Shown here piece after piece: positions 51,825-64,000 of a DNA stretch of 64,000 nucleotides. The stretch spans positions 78,678,001-78,742,000 of the forward strand of contig NC_092345.1 in the NCBI RefSeq assembly GCF_963676685.1, given 5' to 3'. The position numbers and the translations under genes are program-made. Within the stretch, counting starts at the first letter, position 1. Each line of letters begins with the position of its first letter. The notes beneath the pieces are model-generated. The model saw nothing but the letters and a program-made list of their open reading frames with translations. It had not been told where the DNA came from and made no database searches. This DNA is from Mytilus edulis (taxonomy: Eukaryota).

Positions 51825-52214
51825 CGCGTCTGGCGTATTAAATTAGAAGCCTGGTACCTTTGATAATTATTAACATCACTGGGTCTATGCCAGTGCTGGT
51901 GGACGTTTCGTTCCCGAGGGTATCACCAACCCAGTAGTCAGCACTTCGGTGTTGACATGAATATCAATTATAAGTTCATTTTTATAAATTTTTTGTTACA
52001 AAAAATTTCAAAAAATAAGGTTTTTCTTATCCCAGGAATATATTACCTTAGCCGTATTTGGCACAACTTTTTGGAATTGTGGGTCTTCAATGCTCTTCAA
52101 CTTTTTACTTGTTTGGCTTTATAACTATTTTGATCTGAGCGTCACTGATGAGACTTATGTGGATGAAACGCGCGTCTGACGTATTAAATCAGAAGCCTGG
52201 TACCTTTGATAATT
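51825..52214 (+). mobile_element. Full retrozyme family 1 monomer (346 nt between GUC sites) flanked by ~44-bp direct repeats
   Basis: CGCGTCTGGCGTATTAAATTAGAAGCCTGGTACCTTTGATAATT at 51825 and 52171; hammerhead 52139-52182 with weakened stem II. Confidence 0.85.
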
Positions 52215-52377
52215 TTTGCCAGCTATTTTCATTTTTGTTATTTCTTTTTTGTTTTTTCAAATAGCTGATATTCTATTTTGCAAACTGTGATGATAATTGT
52301 CATCCCCTTCTTATAATTTTTAGCAATGATATATTGTTGTTTCTGTTATAACTATTATTCAAGTTATTTAAGCACAC

Positions 52378-52450
52378 ATTTTAACATTAAGATATCTTCC
52401 GACACAGCTAATTTTAACATTAAGATATCTTCCGACACAGCTAATTTTAA
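52378..52450. repeat. Perfect 33-bp tandem duplication
   Basis: ATTTTAACATTAAGATATCTTCCGACACAGCTA x2.2. Confidence 0.9.
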
Positions 52451-52778
52451 GGTACTAATGTAGTATCCAACTCCACGACATTTAATCTCAATAGTTTGTC
52501 AAATGCACCCAAAAAAGACTAGATGAATGTCAGAACTCGTTCTATATTGTTTTGATGAGTGTTTCGCGTGTCCAGATTTTGAGAATCTGTTCTATGTGGG
52601 AAAGTGCGTTGGAAAGGGAAGGGAGTAAACTAAATGGTAATTATTATATCATTATTGTGTGTAGTTAATGAATGAACACTTTTTTTAGCGTTTAAAAAAG
52701 TCACAACCAAGTTTATTTTTTAAGTATAATCTAAAAGTCATTTACTACATGAAGTATAAAAGTTTATGATTTCATTAG

Positions 52779-54896
52779 TTATAATACTAACTGGAACACT
52801 TTCACCTCACTCTTATCTCCTTGCGTTATAAGCAAGCGCTCATCATTTACATCAAATGCGATTGCGCGAGGATATGATATCATGTCATGAGATATAAGTG
52901 TCTTTACTCTGTCACCTTCAGGCGAAACTACTTGTACACTCTTTGCGTGATTTCTACAAACATACAAATTTTCTTCATTATCGAGAGCAAGACCAGCGGC
53001 GTGACCTAAGTCTACACTTGAGTAAGAATAACAATGCTCTGCTGTTTCGATCAGTGTTGTTACAGACCCACGTCTTTCGTCAGCAACGTAAATCATAGTA
53101 CCTTTCCCGTTAGCAGTTATATAAATAGGCCGGGAAAATAGCTGTGACCCGTCGTCATCATATGCAACTGATGCTAGTTCTTTTCCATCAGTATCCAGGA
53201 TTTTCAGTGATGGCGGTAATCCATCGTAGGCTAAAGTGAAAAATTTACCACGGACATATGTCAATCCATAACATGCTTCGCTTGTGATGAAATAATCTCC
53301 AAGAGAAAACCCGACGTCGCTGACATTTAGAATTTGGATTGCTCGCTCTTCCGGAAGTGTCACTGCAATTTCGGAAGGGCTAATGGTTGTCACATCCCAT
53401 GGTTTAGAGTTGAATTTTATACTGTTGAGTTGTCGATAATTCTTTGCAAATAGTTTAACTTTTCTGTTCTGTCTATCAACTAAAACTAGCCGACCATCTG
53501 AAAGAAACGCAGCGCCAGTAAACCAACTATCATTTACCTCATCATGTTCATGCGCACTGAAGGTTTTTACCATCTCTGAACGTTTTCCACGCAAGGAAAG
53601 AGTAGACTTATTAAGATTCGAATGGGTATTATTCTGTTCAACGGAAATCACATTTGGAAATGGTGGTAATTTTGACGGGGAGTACCGCACGGATATTTTA
53701 CCCATTTCTTTTACTTTTGTTTGCATAATTTCTATAGCATGACCCACTTCAAACAAATATTGACAATCCTGGACTTGAGACCTCAGTTTTCCCATGGCGT
53801 CCTCATACCAAATACATTGCGTTCTAATGGATTCCATCATATGTAGAAGTCTAGAATCGGAAGCATGTACTTCAGCCACATTCATTAACTTGTGAGCGTT
53901 AGATACAGCTGAAAGCATTCGTTTACTTATGTCCATCTCTATCTGTAATTTCTTAACTTCTGCGTTGTGGATTTGACTGATATCTCGTTTCAGATTCTTT
54001 TCAAGTTTATCCAGAATATTGATGATGTTGATACGTATCGATGCAAAATTTTCAAGAAGTCGGGTTTTTTCTTCTTCCAAGTACATCAGGTGGTTTGATC
54101 GATCACCAATCATTCCGTCTATGTTGTTTTCGTATTGCTCTAAAGTTTTGTTGAGAAAATCTGGCTCTTTCTCTAATTTACTTTTCTTAACCGCATCAGA
54201 AATCGAAATAACTCTGTCACATCTTCGGTGCTCCTCTGCAATACAATTTGGACAACAAAGTTCTTTATCTAACACACAGAATAAATCAAGTGTTTTTCCG
54301 GAATGTTTGTTGCATTCTTCCTGAAGATCTTTCAATAATTCCATTTCTTTCATAAACTCCTCCTTTAGAAGTACTGTATGGTCCATAGATATGCGCATTC
54401 CTTTATGGACTTTGGCACAATTCTGACAGAGGCCATCGCGACATTCTTTACACCAAGACAATATCGCCGTTGTATCGCCATTTCTAGAACACGGACCGCA
54501 GGTTTTCTCACCTCTTCTTAATAATTCTATATCCAATAAATCCATTAGAAAATGATTGACCGGAAATCCCTCTATCCATTTGTTTGGAGTATGTGTACTC
54601 TTTAGTTGTATGTTCTTTTTACACTGATGACATTCATACTCTCTGGATTTTCTGCTGTCGTCTTTCTTTTCATTTTTTCGTGAAATGAATTCGTTAATGT
54701 TTGTTGCCAAACAATTTTCGCAGTACGAATGCAAGCACGGCAAAGTTCTTGGTGTGTTTAGCCATTTTGAACAAATTCCACAAATCAAGATAGTTTCGTC
54801 AAATTTTCGATGGATCAAATTTGATTTTTCCATAATCACAGTTTTGGATCGGACTGTAGATTTCGATGGACTGTCTCTCCCTTTCGTATTTGACAT
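52779..54896 (-). CDS. TRIM E3 ubiquitin ligase (RING, two B-boxes, coiled coil, NHL-like beta-propeller), intronless CDS, 705 aa
   Basis: RING CGIC..LPCLHSYCENC..CHQC; B-box1 CGPC..WCKECRDGLCQNC..H; B-box2 CNKH..LFC..CCPNC..H; helical segment; NHL-like repeats (PWDVT, YVAD, PRAIAFD). Splice acceptor CAG at 54914-54912 just upstream of the ATG. Confidence 0.93.
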   Translation of the reverse strand: MSNTKGRDSPSKSTVRSKTVIMEKSNLIHRKFDETILICGICSKWLNTPRTLPCLHSYCENCLATNINEFISRKNEKKDDSRKSREYECHQCKKNIQLKSTHTPNKWIEGFPVNHFLMDLLDIELLRRGEKTCGPCSRNGDTTAILSWCKECRDGLCQNCAKVHKGMRISMDHTVLLKEEFMKEMELLKDLQEECNKHSGKTLDLFCVLDKELCCPNCIAEEHRRCDRVISISDAVKKSKLEKEPDFLNKTLEQYENNIDGMIGDRSNHLMYLEEEKTRLLENFASIRINIINILDKLEKNLKRDISQIHNAEVKKLQIEMDISKRMLSAVSNAHKLMNVAEVHASDSRLLHMMESIRTQCIWYEDAMGKLRSQVQDCQYLFEVGHAIEIMQTKVKEMGKISVRYSPSKLPPFPNVISVEQNNTHSNLNKSTLSLRGKRSEMVKTFSAHEHDEVNDSWFTGAAFLSDGRLVLVDRQNRKVKLFAKNYRQLNSIKFNSKPWDVTTISPSEIAVTLPEERAIQILNVSDVGFSLGDYFITSEACYGLTYVRGKFFTLAYDGLPPSLKILDTDGKELASVAYDDDGSQLFSRPIYITANGKGTMIYVADERRGSVTTLIETAEHCYSYSSVDLGHAAGLALDNEENLYVCRNHAKSVQVVSPEGDRVKTLISHDMISYPRAIAFDVNDERLLITQGDKSEVKVFQLVL

Positions 54897-55815
54897 AATG
54901 AGAATTTTCCGCTGAATTTAATAGGTTGTTTTACACATAAGTTTTTGAAATTTGAAGTAGATAGATCGAATTCACTTCTCAATGGTACAAAGCTATTCTT
55001 TCGAAGCAAAAAGAAATAAACGAAATTTGAAATGGAAATGATTTCTTTTTGACGGTTGGCTCGGTTAATGTGAAAAATTTAAATATCCAAATGAATAACT
55101 TAATCATTTCACAGGCATACAATGAAGTGAATAGTGAGTGATGCTTGTATTTATTGAATATTTGAATTCTATTAATTTTAAAGTTTGTTGATAAGGTAAA
55201 TAGCAACGGTGAATGGTTTTTAAATCGAATTGAAAAATTGAAGTTTCAATTGTAATGATATATGTAAGGAATGTATAGAAATTTCCGTTTATACAGATTT
55301 AAATAAAACTTGTTTCTTGTGATGTTAACAAGTACTTTACTAAAATCAAAAGGCAGTTGATCAAATTAACTCAAATTAAAAATATAAAGGCGTTGAATTG
55401 AATTATCCCTCAAATGATTACCATGGTGTTTAGTCATATCAATCAGTATTAATTTCTTAAAAGAAAAATGAAAGATCTTGTGAAGTGCAAAGAATTAAAA
55501 CTTTATAAGGGTTGTAATGGCAAGAATTTAATAGAGCTCAAATCGGAATGCAACAAAAATGTTTTAACAATGAAGTCTCGTATACTACTGGCACATTGAT
55601 AACGGTATTATTTGTTTAGTTAAAAAATCATCAACAGAAACAACCAAGGAAACAACTTAGTTGTACTTTATTAAGAGCCAGGCTTTCAGTGTTAACAATG
55701 GTCATACTATACATCACATTCTGTAAATCTTCGAAGACCACATGTAACTTTTGTTAACTTCTTTTAATGTACTTGCATGGGGTTTTTTGGGGTTTATTTT
55801 TGTTTGTGGTTGGTT

Positions 55816-55846
<31 letters not shown>

Positions 55847-57397
55847 TGAATTTTTGGATAGTTGTAGTCAGACGTTGTAGTTTATGTACATATACTTTTT
55901 TCTGAAGAAAATTCTTTAATTTGTTCATATTTAGAAGAAGTTTACTTTATTTGAATTGCTTCCCAGGAAGCAATTCTCCGATATATTTTCCGTATGCAAA
56001 GTGACATCAGCGTGACCCACACGTAAAAATCCGGTAATCGCAATACGCATGGATCTGTCCTTAAAATAAGCTATTATCTGATTGTACATGTTAAACAAGT
56101 GCTCAATATCCAAGTTTAATTGTTGATTGTTTACTATAAGGTGTCAATTGGTAAACTTCGGCTTCTAAACACGATATTTAAGTAGCTGCCATATTATCAC
56201 ATCATGACAGACACAGAGAGAAAAAATATGACGATCAAAAGATACGGTTGCGCAAAATATTATAAAATCGTGCACAGAAGACTAAGTTTATGTTATATGC
56301 ATGCATTGGTTCAAGACTTTTGGATAAACATTATTGTTCACCGGTCACTCGTTTCTTATGACTTTAAAGATAAGAATGTATGTAATTTTACCGAGTTCCG
56401 TATTTTATCGCTTGACTACTCTTTGAATCACAGAAATAAATAATATTTAGTGGGTTTTGTTGGTATTTTTTAAATATAATGTATGGATAAATGCAGTCAT
56501 TCGATATAATCATCAACATGGTGTTACACATATAAAACATCAGAAACACAAGTAAAATATTGTAAACATTTTAAAACTGCCTACAACGTTGATTTAAAAC
56601 CACAGAATTAAGTTGGACAAAACATGGAACGAATGATTACATGGATAACACATCATAAAATCACAAATATTTTGTTATTTTCCTGCATAAAAGTCAATGT
56701 TAATGATATTATTAATTTTTTTTTATTTCTCATGGAAATTGCAGCTGTAAGGGTTAATATGAAAGTTTTATAGGATTTACGAGTCAGGACATTAATAATA
56801 AGCACGATTTATATCTATTTTGATGAGATTAAAATATATTTAAGGCCGATTTTTGCGTATTTCATGTGCATACAGTGTCAGAGTAACACATTTCAGATGA
56901 TTTTTTTGCTATTTTCTGATCGCCTTGATATCGACATAAGGGACTTTCTTAGAACGATAATAATAACTCTAACGAAAAATCGTAGCTTCTTTATTACCAT
57001 TTTTTCTACAAACTAAATTCAATAAGCGTACATGAAGTTCATGTCCATCCTGTTACCGCTACTTAAATCAACCGTTCAATTGTTCTCCTATTGAACTAGT
57101 CAGTAAACACAGCACGGTTATTGCTTAACAGTGAAGATAACAGAAATTTCAAAACATTTAGTAAACAAAAATTGGGGGTACTTTTTTGTCATGTCTATGC
57201 TGTTACCAACATATTGATTAATTGCATCAATGTTATACTAAAAATAAAGCAATTTAACGTGTTGTAAACCAAAATCACAGCAGAAAAACATCACTTCATC
57301 AAAGGGAGTAGTTATTTCATAACCATGTTATAGAACAACATATAAAAAAGGTCTTAATCTTTACAATTTAGCATTTACAGGTGCAATACTGCTAACA

Positions 57398-57747
57398 GAG
57401 CCGTGGTGTAGTGGTTAGTGCATCGGACTACTAACACAAAGGTTCCTGGTTCAATTCCCGTTTGGGATGAAAATTTCAGGAACTCAATTTTCGGCTCTCC
57501 CTTGACACCATTTGCGAGTATGGTCTTGAGGAAACGATGATAGTCCGTCGGAAGGGGACGATAAATGGCTGAACCGTGTTAAGAGAGAGCCATATCTCTT
57601 GCACGTTAAAGACACCCTTGTAGATTTCGAAAAAGAGTAGGCTAATGCCGCTACAAGGCAGCACTCGCACCCGCAAAGTGGAAAGGATTAATATAAGTTG
57701 CAAAACTTGTTTCCCAATCCACTATAAATAAATATGTTTAAACTAAC
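57398..57747 (+). mobile_element. tRNA-derived SINE with a Deu/Nin-like central domain
   Basis: A box TGGTGTAGTGG (57404), B box GGTTCAATTCC (57448), then GTCCGTCGGAAGGGGACGATAAA..GCACGTTAAAGACACCC and an AT-rich tail. Core assignment is from recalled similarity only. Confidence 0.75.
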
Positions 57748-57971
57748 GGTAACAGGTTAGACAAAAAGGGTAACAGGAAAGAACTTAATATAGTGATATA
57801 TCATTAACGTACGTTCCTGTTTCCAACAAAATAAAGACAAAAAATAAACCAACATGTGAGGGATCCGATTTACTTGATGTTGGGTTTATTTGAAAGAAAG
57901 AGAAAATGCGGAACATTATATATTGCTGTCATAGACTTGCATTTCTGGTTGTTATTTTTATAACCTTTGAA

Positions 57972-58272
57972 ATAAAATTGAGAAAGGAAAAGGGGAATGT
58001 GTCAAAGCGACAAAAACCTGACCATAGAGCAGACAACAGCCGAAGGGGTCTTCAATGTAGCGAGAATTCCCGCACCCGTAGGTGTCCTTCAGCTGGCCCC
58101 TAAAAATATGTATAGTGATAATGGACGTCATACTAAACTCCGAATTATACACAAGAAACTAAAATCAAAAATCATACAAGACTAACACACACAAAGGCCA
58201 GAGGCTCGGCCTGACTTGGGACAGGCGCAAAATTGCGGCGGGGTTAAACATGTTTCTGAGATCTCAACCCTA
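57972..58272 (+). repeat. Dispersed repeat family B copy
   Basis: Closely matches 59270-59590. Confidence 0.85.
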
Positions 58273-59009
58273 AACCAATTTTTAAAGGCATTTTTAAGTA
58301 CAACATGGAAAATTGGCAAACAATCTATTATTTCACAGAATGAATATATATATAGAAGTTTTTACTCTTGAAAACCATCTTATTGGCTAAGAAAAACAAA
58401 CTTCAATTTTTAACGAAACCTTTTCCAAATAACCCCAAAATTTATTCTGAACATGGTAACAGGAGAGACAATATATTGCACCCCCTATCAAAAAAATGTT
58501 TCGAAACATTCTTGTATGACATATTCAAGATTGCATCTTTGTATAATTATGTTGTTCTATTACATGTATAAGTATTGTTTGTTTTTATTTGCTAGTGATG
58601 AGGGTTGTTTGAAAAGGTAACTTTAAATCAATCTTGCAATACCAAAATTTGAATTTTTTTAAAGTGAACAATATGATAAGATAGGCGATATATTTCTTTT
58701 TAACAAAAAAGGACTTTTAATAGGTGTCCAAAATGTAAGCAATACTATAAAATGAATTAGTACTGTACGTGACACACACAAATTAAAAAAAAATGATTAG
58801 GGTAATTGAAGTTCATTTTAACAAAAAAATACGTAAACACGCTAAAACAAAGTAGCATGAAAACAATGTCATTGAAAAAAATATACAAATATGATATGGA
58901 TGTTTAAGTTGACTTTTTTTAAATCCGGGTTCCTTACGGATACTGTAGTATTTGTTTTAGTATTTTCGGAAATGAAACCCGTTAACGGATCAAATTTACA
59001 ATCGCCATC

Positions 59010-62000
59010 ATGGCAGACGAATTCGGCGATTGTTCGCAAGAAGATATAAAAGATTTATTCGAGGGTGCATCGAAGTATCTTCGACACGTTGCTGGATCTC
59101 AGAATGGCGATAATCTATTATATTTTTATGCCCGATACAAACAGGTGCTAAATTATATGGTTAATCAAAAAACGTACAAAACATTCGGAAAAAATGGTTC
59201 AAAACAAAAGCTGAAAACTGATTTATATTCCATGAAACATAAAGTGACAGTTTTCATCACTTGTCTTACAATAAAATGTATAAAGGAAATGGGGAATGTG
59301 TCAAAGCTACAACAACTGACCATAGAGCAGACAACAGCTGAAGGCCACCAATGGGTCTTCAATGTAGCAAGAAACTCCCGCACCCGTAGGCGTCCTTCAG
59401 CTGGCTCCTTTAAGCCTTAAAAAATATGTATACTAGTACAGTGATAATGGATGTCATACTTAACTTTGAAATATACACAAGAAACTAAAATTAAAATCAT
59501 ACAAGACTAACAAAGGCCAGAGGCTCCTGACTTGGGACATGCGCAAAATTGCGGCGGGGTTAAACATGTTTATGAGATTTCAACCCTCCCCTTATACCTC
59601 TAGCCAATGTAGAAAAGTAAAAGCATAACAATAAGCACATTAAAATTCAGTTCAAGAGAAGTCAGAGTCTGATGTCAGAAGACGTAACAAAAGAAAATAA
59701 ATAAAATGACAATAATACATAAATAACAACAGACTACTAGCAGTTAACTGACATGCCAGCTCCAGACCTCAATTAAACTGATTGAAAGATTATGTCTTAT
59801 CGGGCACAATCCCTCCCGTTAGGGGTTAAGAATTATACTATCATAAAATATATTAGAAGAACATAACCTGTGTCATGCCAACAACTGTTTTTTTTTTTAA
59901 ATAAATGTGTTTAGTTCCAATGCAAAGACCCTATAAGTGAATCAATATTAAACTTTAACATGTTTAAAGCCAAAATATGCAATCTTCAATGACCTGACAA
60001 CAGTATTGTAATGTTGTTTTTAGCTATCCCTTTATAGACAGTAAGGTTGACGCATCTCTATGATCTTCTGAGAAATGGGACTCAGCCCCAAATTTTTGTA
60101 TTACATATGATCATCAGATGTTATATGATTCCACAGTTGTCTATCCCACTGAATTATGTGATGGTTAACACGAATGTCCAAATGACACCATCATTATCTG
60201 GATGAGACTTGGAATGACTGAATGTCACTGTCATTATCCATGACACTTGAAATGACTGAATGACACCTGAAATTTTAATTTTAGCCAGGGTTTCCCCTGG
60301 GTCAATTATATTTTTCGCCACCTCTTTCGCCAAATCAATATACTTTTCGCCACTTTATTTTTTTTTCACCAAGTAACCATGTAACATAAATATATTTTTC
60401 GTTTAAAATTTTCCTTTTTTTCTAGCCCCTCTTAAATAAGATGCGTTTGCCCCATTGTTGTCTATAATTATTCTCTGAAACTTATCTTAGAGTCTACATT
60501 GTAATGAATAAACACTAAGCATTTAATTCTAAAAAGAAGGAACTTTTTTTAAACCTAAAAGCAGGAAATATCATTATATTTTGAACAACTTTTCTAAAAG
60601 AGGAGGCCACTTACTTTTGATAATAAAGAAGATATCAGTCCCGGAATATAACAAAATTCTTAGACATGTTTTGACCATATAATACCGGAAAGATGTACAG
60701 TTCTTTGGGAAAGTGTCTTCAAAAGAAAAAATAGGTGCCCTTTTGGTCTAAGCAGTGGATTTTACAACAAAACAAAAGCTTTTATCACTTGAAATTGATC
60801 CCTCATTTAAGGTGTAGTCAATACATTGAAGGGTAACTCCTCTTCGAGGAGCAGTTCCCAACCTTTTGAATAGATATCTTCATAACAACAGTTTTCTTTT
60901 CAAGACCATCATAAATGAAAAAGTTGAGACGTAAAACTATGCTTGAAACACGTTATGTCACTCAAACCACTTTAAAGTACTCTCTCCAATCAATTATCTA
61001 TATCAAAGTCAAAGGATAAAGTTTTAAATCGGAGATTTTTCTTGCTTTTAAACATATTTCGTCATAACAACAGTTTTCTTTTCTGGACTATCATTATTAC
61101 ATCAAAAGTTTGCTTCGAACACCTGTGTCGCAAAGTAGTTTTAATACATCCTTTATGTGACATGTGACAGAGGCCATTTAACTATATCATTTTGTCAGAC
61201 AATACAATCAACACCTTTATTAATTAGTCCTTTGTTGTCTATACATGTAGCTATAAAATGCAATCAGCTGAATATTGATTTTCTGTCAAAATCTTAACAA
61301 GCTCAAGGAGAATTCCGAGTATTGTCTGATCAGGTAAAGTCTGAGAAACCTGAAAAAAGTAAATAAAGAAGATGGATGAAAATAAATCGTTATACATATT
61401 TCTTTGCAAAATTTTTTCGCAAATGACGAATTTTAATATAACTGTACATGTATATATTTAAATTTACTTCTTCAAGTAAATAAAAATTACTTGTACAAGT
61501 AGTACCCCTGACTGACTATGGAATTGTCACTGGACAAGATAAACAACATAAAGATTACACAAAAGAAGTTATCGATAACCATATGTGAATGCCTGTACAT
61601 GTAATTTTTAAGAAGCAAATTGACAGCCCAACATGCCCAAGGATTTGCTGGTTTCATCAATGTTGTTGAATTGACTTTTTGCGTTCAAAATAAATATTTA
61701 GTCATGATAGTAATGTGATAGTTTTCCAATTCCCTTGTAGGCAACAGAAGGACAATGTAATTCCAAAAAGCCAGGGATGTTTGATTTTCAAGGCAAACAG
61801 AAATGGTAATTTTAAGAAATGTTAAACAAATGTATAAAACTTATTAATTAAAGGGTCAAAATAGAAAAAAAGAGCCAAACATGATGAAACAAATAAAAAA
61901 TTACTGATATACAATGTATGTACACATTTTGACTGATTTTTTGTACTGTTTAAAAGTAAACTGTATAATTGTTAGATCTGCTAGCAAATCAAGAGATCAA

Positions 62001-63140
62001 ATAACTTGCTATATGTCCGAGGCATTGGCCTCCAAATAGTTGTTTTCAGAATTTCCCCTGTATACAATTTTTTTACTAGTAACAAAACATTTTTTGAAAT
62101 GTCATTCTAACTTTTTAATTGCAAGCATAAAAGAACATCATGTTTGTTTAGATTGAGATCTTTAATATTGCATACACTGCAAAACCATAAATTAGTTATC
62201 TTTCTATTATCTGACATATATAACAGATGTCACCACTGCTTGCTTACCAGACCAGCAGACAACTTCTTACTTTAGTCTTTATACTTAAATTTTCTTAATG
62301 ATTTGTATCAGATACATGTACACTGTACCAAATCTGTTTTAACCAAAATGTAACTGTTCACCAAACATCTAAATTTATTGAGAGAGGGGACACAGATTCT
62401 TGTTTATTGAGTACTAGTATACACATTGTGTTTAATGGGGTTATAATTAAAATATAAAAAAACTTTTTTTTGTAATATAGGGAAGCTTGGAAGAGACTTG
62501 GAGACAAGCCAAGAGAAATGGCCATGTTGGAATATATTTCACATATGACTTCACTTTACCCAGGATGGGAAGCAGAGGTGAATATCATTATAGCAATATA
62601 GCAATGCTTTGGTTATCCAGCTTGATAGATAGTCGATTATAAAAGATGAATAACAACCATGTAAATGATTCCAGGAGTTGTATTTTGATCATGTTATTAA
62701 TTAGTTTCATTTATTTATTAATATTAATAATATTATAATGTGAATCCTATTTCTTTATAAATTGTGAAATTAATTTCAAAGATAGAACATTTAATTCTCA
62801 ACAGTGGTCCATGTTTTCTGATCATCAAGTGTCATTGATGGTTTTAATTAGCTGGAAGTGATAGATATAGTCAAAATTTGAATCCATTAAGTTTCTTTTT
62901 ATAAAGGAATATCGATAAAAAAAATCTTAAAAACAGTTTTTATTACAGATGGACACTATTGATGATAAGCAACCTAGTGGTGGATCATCATGGGTATCAG
63001 TGAGCACTATGTCTAACACAGACCCAGAGTTAGACAATCAGAACAAGACAGTGTTTGATTGGTGTAAAGAAGGAGACATTAACCAAATGTCTAGAATACT
63101 GCAAAGTGAAAATAATGACATCAATGGCTTAGATGATGCA
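59010..63140 (+). CDS. ACBD6: Acyl-CoA-binding domain-containing protein 6 (ACB + ankyrin), first four exons, 3'-partial
   Basis: Exons 59010-59144, 61741-61805, 62481-62577, 62949-63140 join in frame: [45 protein letters not shown]..PGWE-..VSVSTM..KTVFDWCKEG. Ankyrin exons lie beyond the window. Confidence 0.9.
59270..60010 (+). repeat. Dispersed repeat family B, long copy in ACBD6 intron 1
   Basis: Multi-copy in the window (2490-2965, 7370-7530, 11475-11600, 11873-12060, 57972-58272). Confidence 0.85.
60287..61430. mobile_element. Probable non-autonomous DNA transposon (hAT-like CAGGG end); second terminus not recognisable
   Basis: CAGGGTTTCCCCTGGG followed by three TTTCGCCA subterminal repeats; TTTTCGCAAATGACGAA near 61415. 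Confidence 0.4.
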
Positions 63141-63240
63141 GTTAGTAATCAATAATTGTATTATTTAAAGTACTGAATATGCATAGCACAAATTCAATCA
63201 CATATATAGAAAAGAGAACAAAATACAGGTTTCTGAAGAT

Positions 63241-64000
63241 ATGATTTTTGAAATCTTGAATACATTTGATGAAATTGAACTACTAAGCCAATTTAAACTG
63301 AATTTTAAAGAATTTTTCTTAAGTATTTTTTTGTGGGATCTTTTTAAAATAGAAGTAAGAGAGAAAACTATAGAACATTGTAAATTAAAAGCTAAACATA
63401 AAAGAGATGAAATTACAAAACTAGAACAAGAACTTAAACTTTTGAATGAAATTCATGATAACAACCTGGATGGAAAAAATAATTTGCCAAATATAATAGA
63501 TTCAATAAATAAAACAGAAGAAACGCTACAAACTCTATATTCAGATAAAATAAAAGGGGCACAAATAAGATCACGAGTTAAATGGATAGAAGAGGGCGAA
63601 AAAAATACAAAATATTTCTTGGGATTAGAAAAATCAAGACAAACAAGGAAAAACATTACTGCTATAAGGGACAGTAAAGGAGAAATAACAGAAGATCAAG
63701 GCAAAATATTAGATACGGGGAGAAATTATTATGTCAATTTATATAAGTCAACTAACCCTGATCTAACAGAAATTGAAAATTATATTGAAAAAACTAAAAT
63801 AAATTACAAATTAAGTACAAAAGAAGGCAATGAAATTGACGGCAACCTGACAATAGAGGAATGTACACAATCTGTTTTTAAAATGAAACTTAATAAAACA
63901 CCAGGTATCGATGGTCTCTCAATTGAATTTTATAGAGCTTTCTGGTCAAACTTACAAAACTTTGCTGTAGATGTTTTTAATAATTGCTATGAAAAAAAAG
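63241..64000 (+). mobile_element. L1/Tx1-clade LINE ORF2 (linker and start of RT), 5'-truncated, runs off the window
   Basis: Uninterrupted frame: LWDLFKIEVRE..GAQIRSRVKWIEEGEKNTKYFLGLEK..YYVNLY..TIEEC..KLNKTPGIDGLSIEFY..FW. Confidence 0.88.

Noticed and set aside
52898-54915. Plus-strand ORFs overlapping the TRIM gene
   Set aside because: Short antisense shadow frames with no recognisable motifs.
57398-57470. Genuine tRNA gene
   Set aside because: A and B boxes are present, but the acceptor stem does not pair and the sequence continues into a SINE body.
59335-59408. Hammerhead or HDV-like ribozyme in family A/B repeats (CTGAAGG..GAAG on the minus strand)
   Set aside because: The core deviates from CUGANGA/GAAA and stems I/III or HDV P3/P4 could not be built; kept only as an unexplained conserved module.
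59145-59420. C-terminal part of the 136-aa ORF as an ACBD6 extension
   Set aside because: Read-through past the GT donor at 59145 into intron and family B repeat; the spliced exon 2 restores the ACB domain.

Overview
AT-rich, intron-containing animal genomic DNA, almost certainly a mussel (Mytilus). The main clue is that the window opens in a His/Gly-rich + Lys/Tyr-rich byssal foot-protein exon, whose true frame the ORF track missed. Genes supported by hand-traced exons: the foot-protein 3' end (+), an intronless melatonin-receptor-like GPCR (+), an 8-exon arylsulfatase B-like gene (-), two tandem 3-exon GAPR-1/GLIPR2-like CAP genes (-), an intronless RING/B-box/coiled-coil/NHL TRIM (-), and the first four exons of ACBD6 (+). 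Non-coding DNA is dense in mobile elements: LINE remnants, a MULE relic, MITEs, tRNA-derived SINEs, a Penelope-like RT, an open L1/Tx1 ORF2 and several dispersed repeat families. The most notable system is about nine copies of ~350-nt non-LTR retrozyme-type repeats in two families. They carry minimal type I hammerhead ribozymes with family-specific palindromic stem III and a second covarying structured RNA domain. A Penelope-like RT, their presumed mobiliser, lies in the same window. All calls are by eye; no searches were run.
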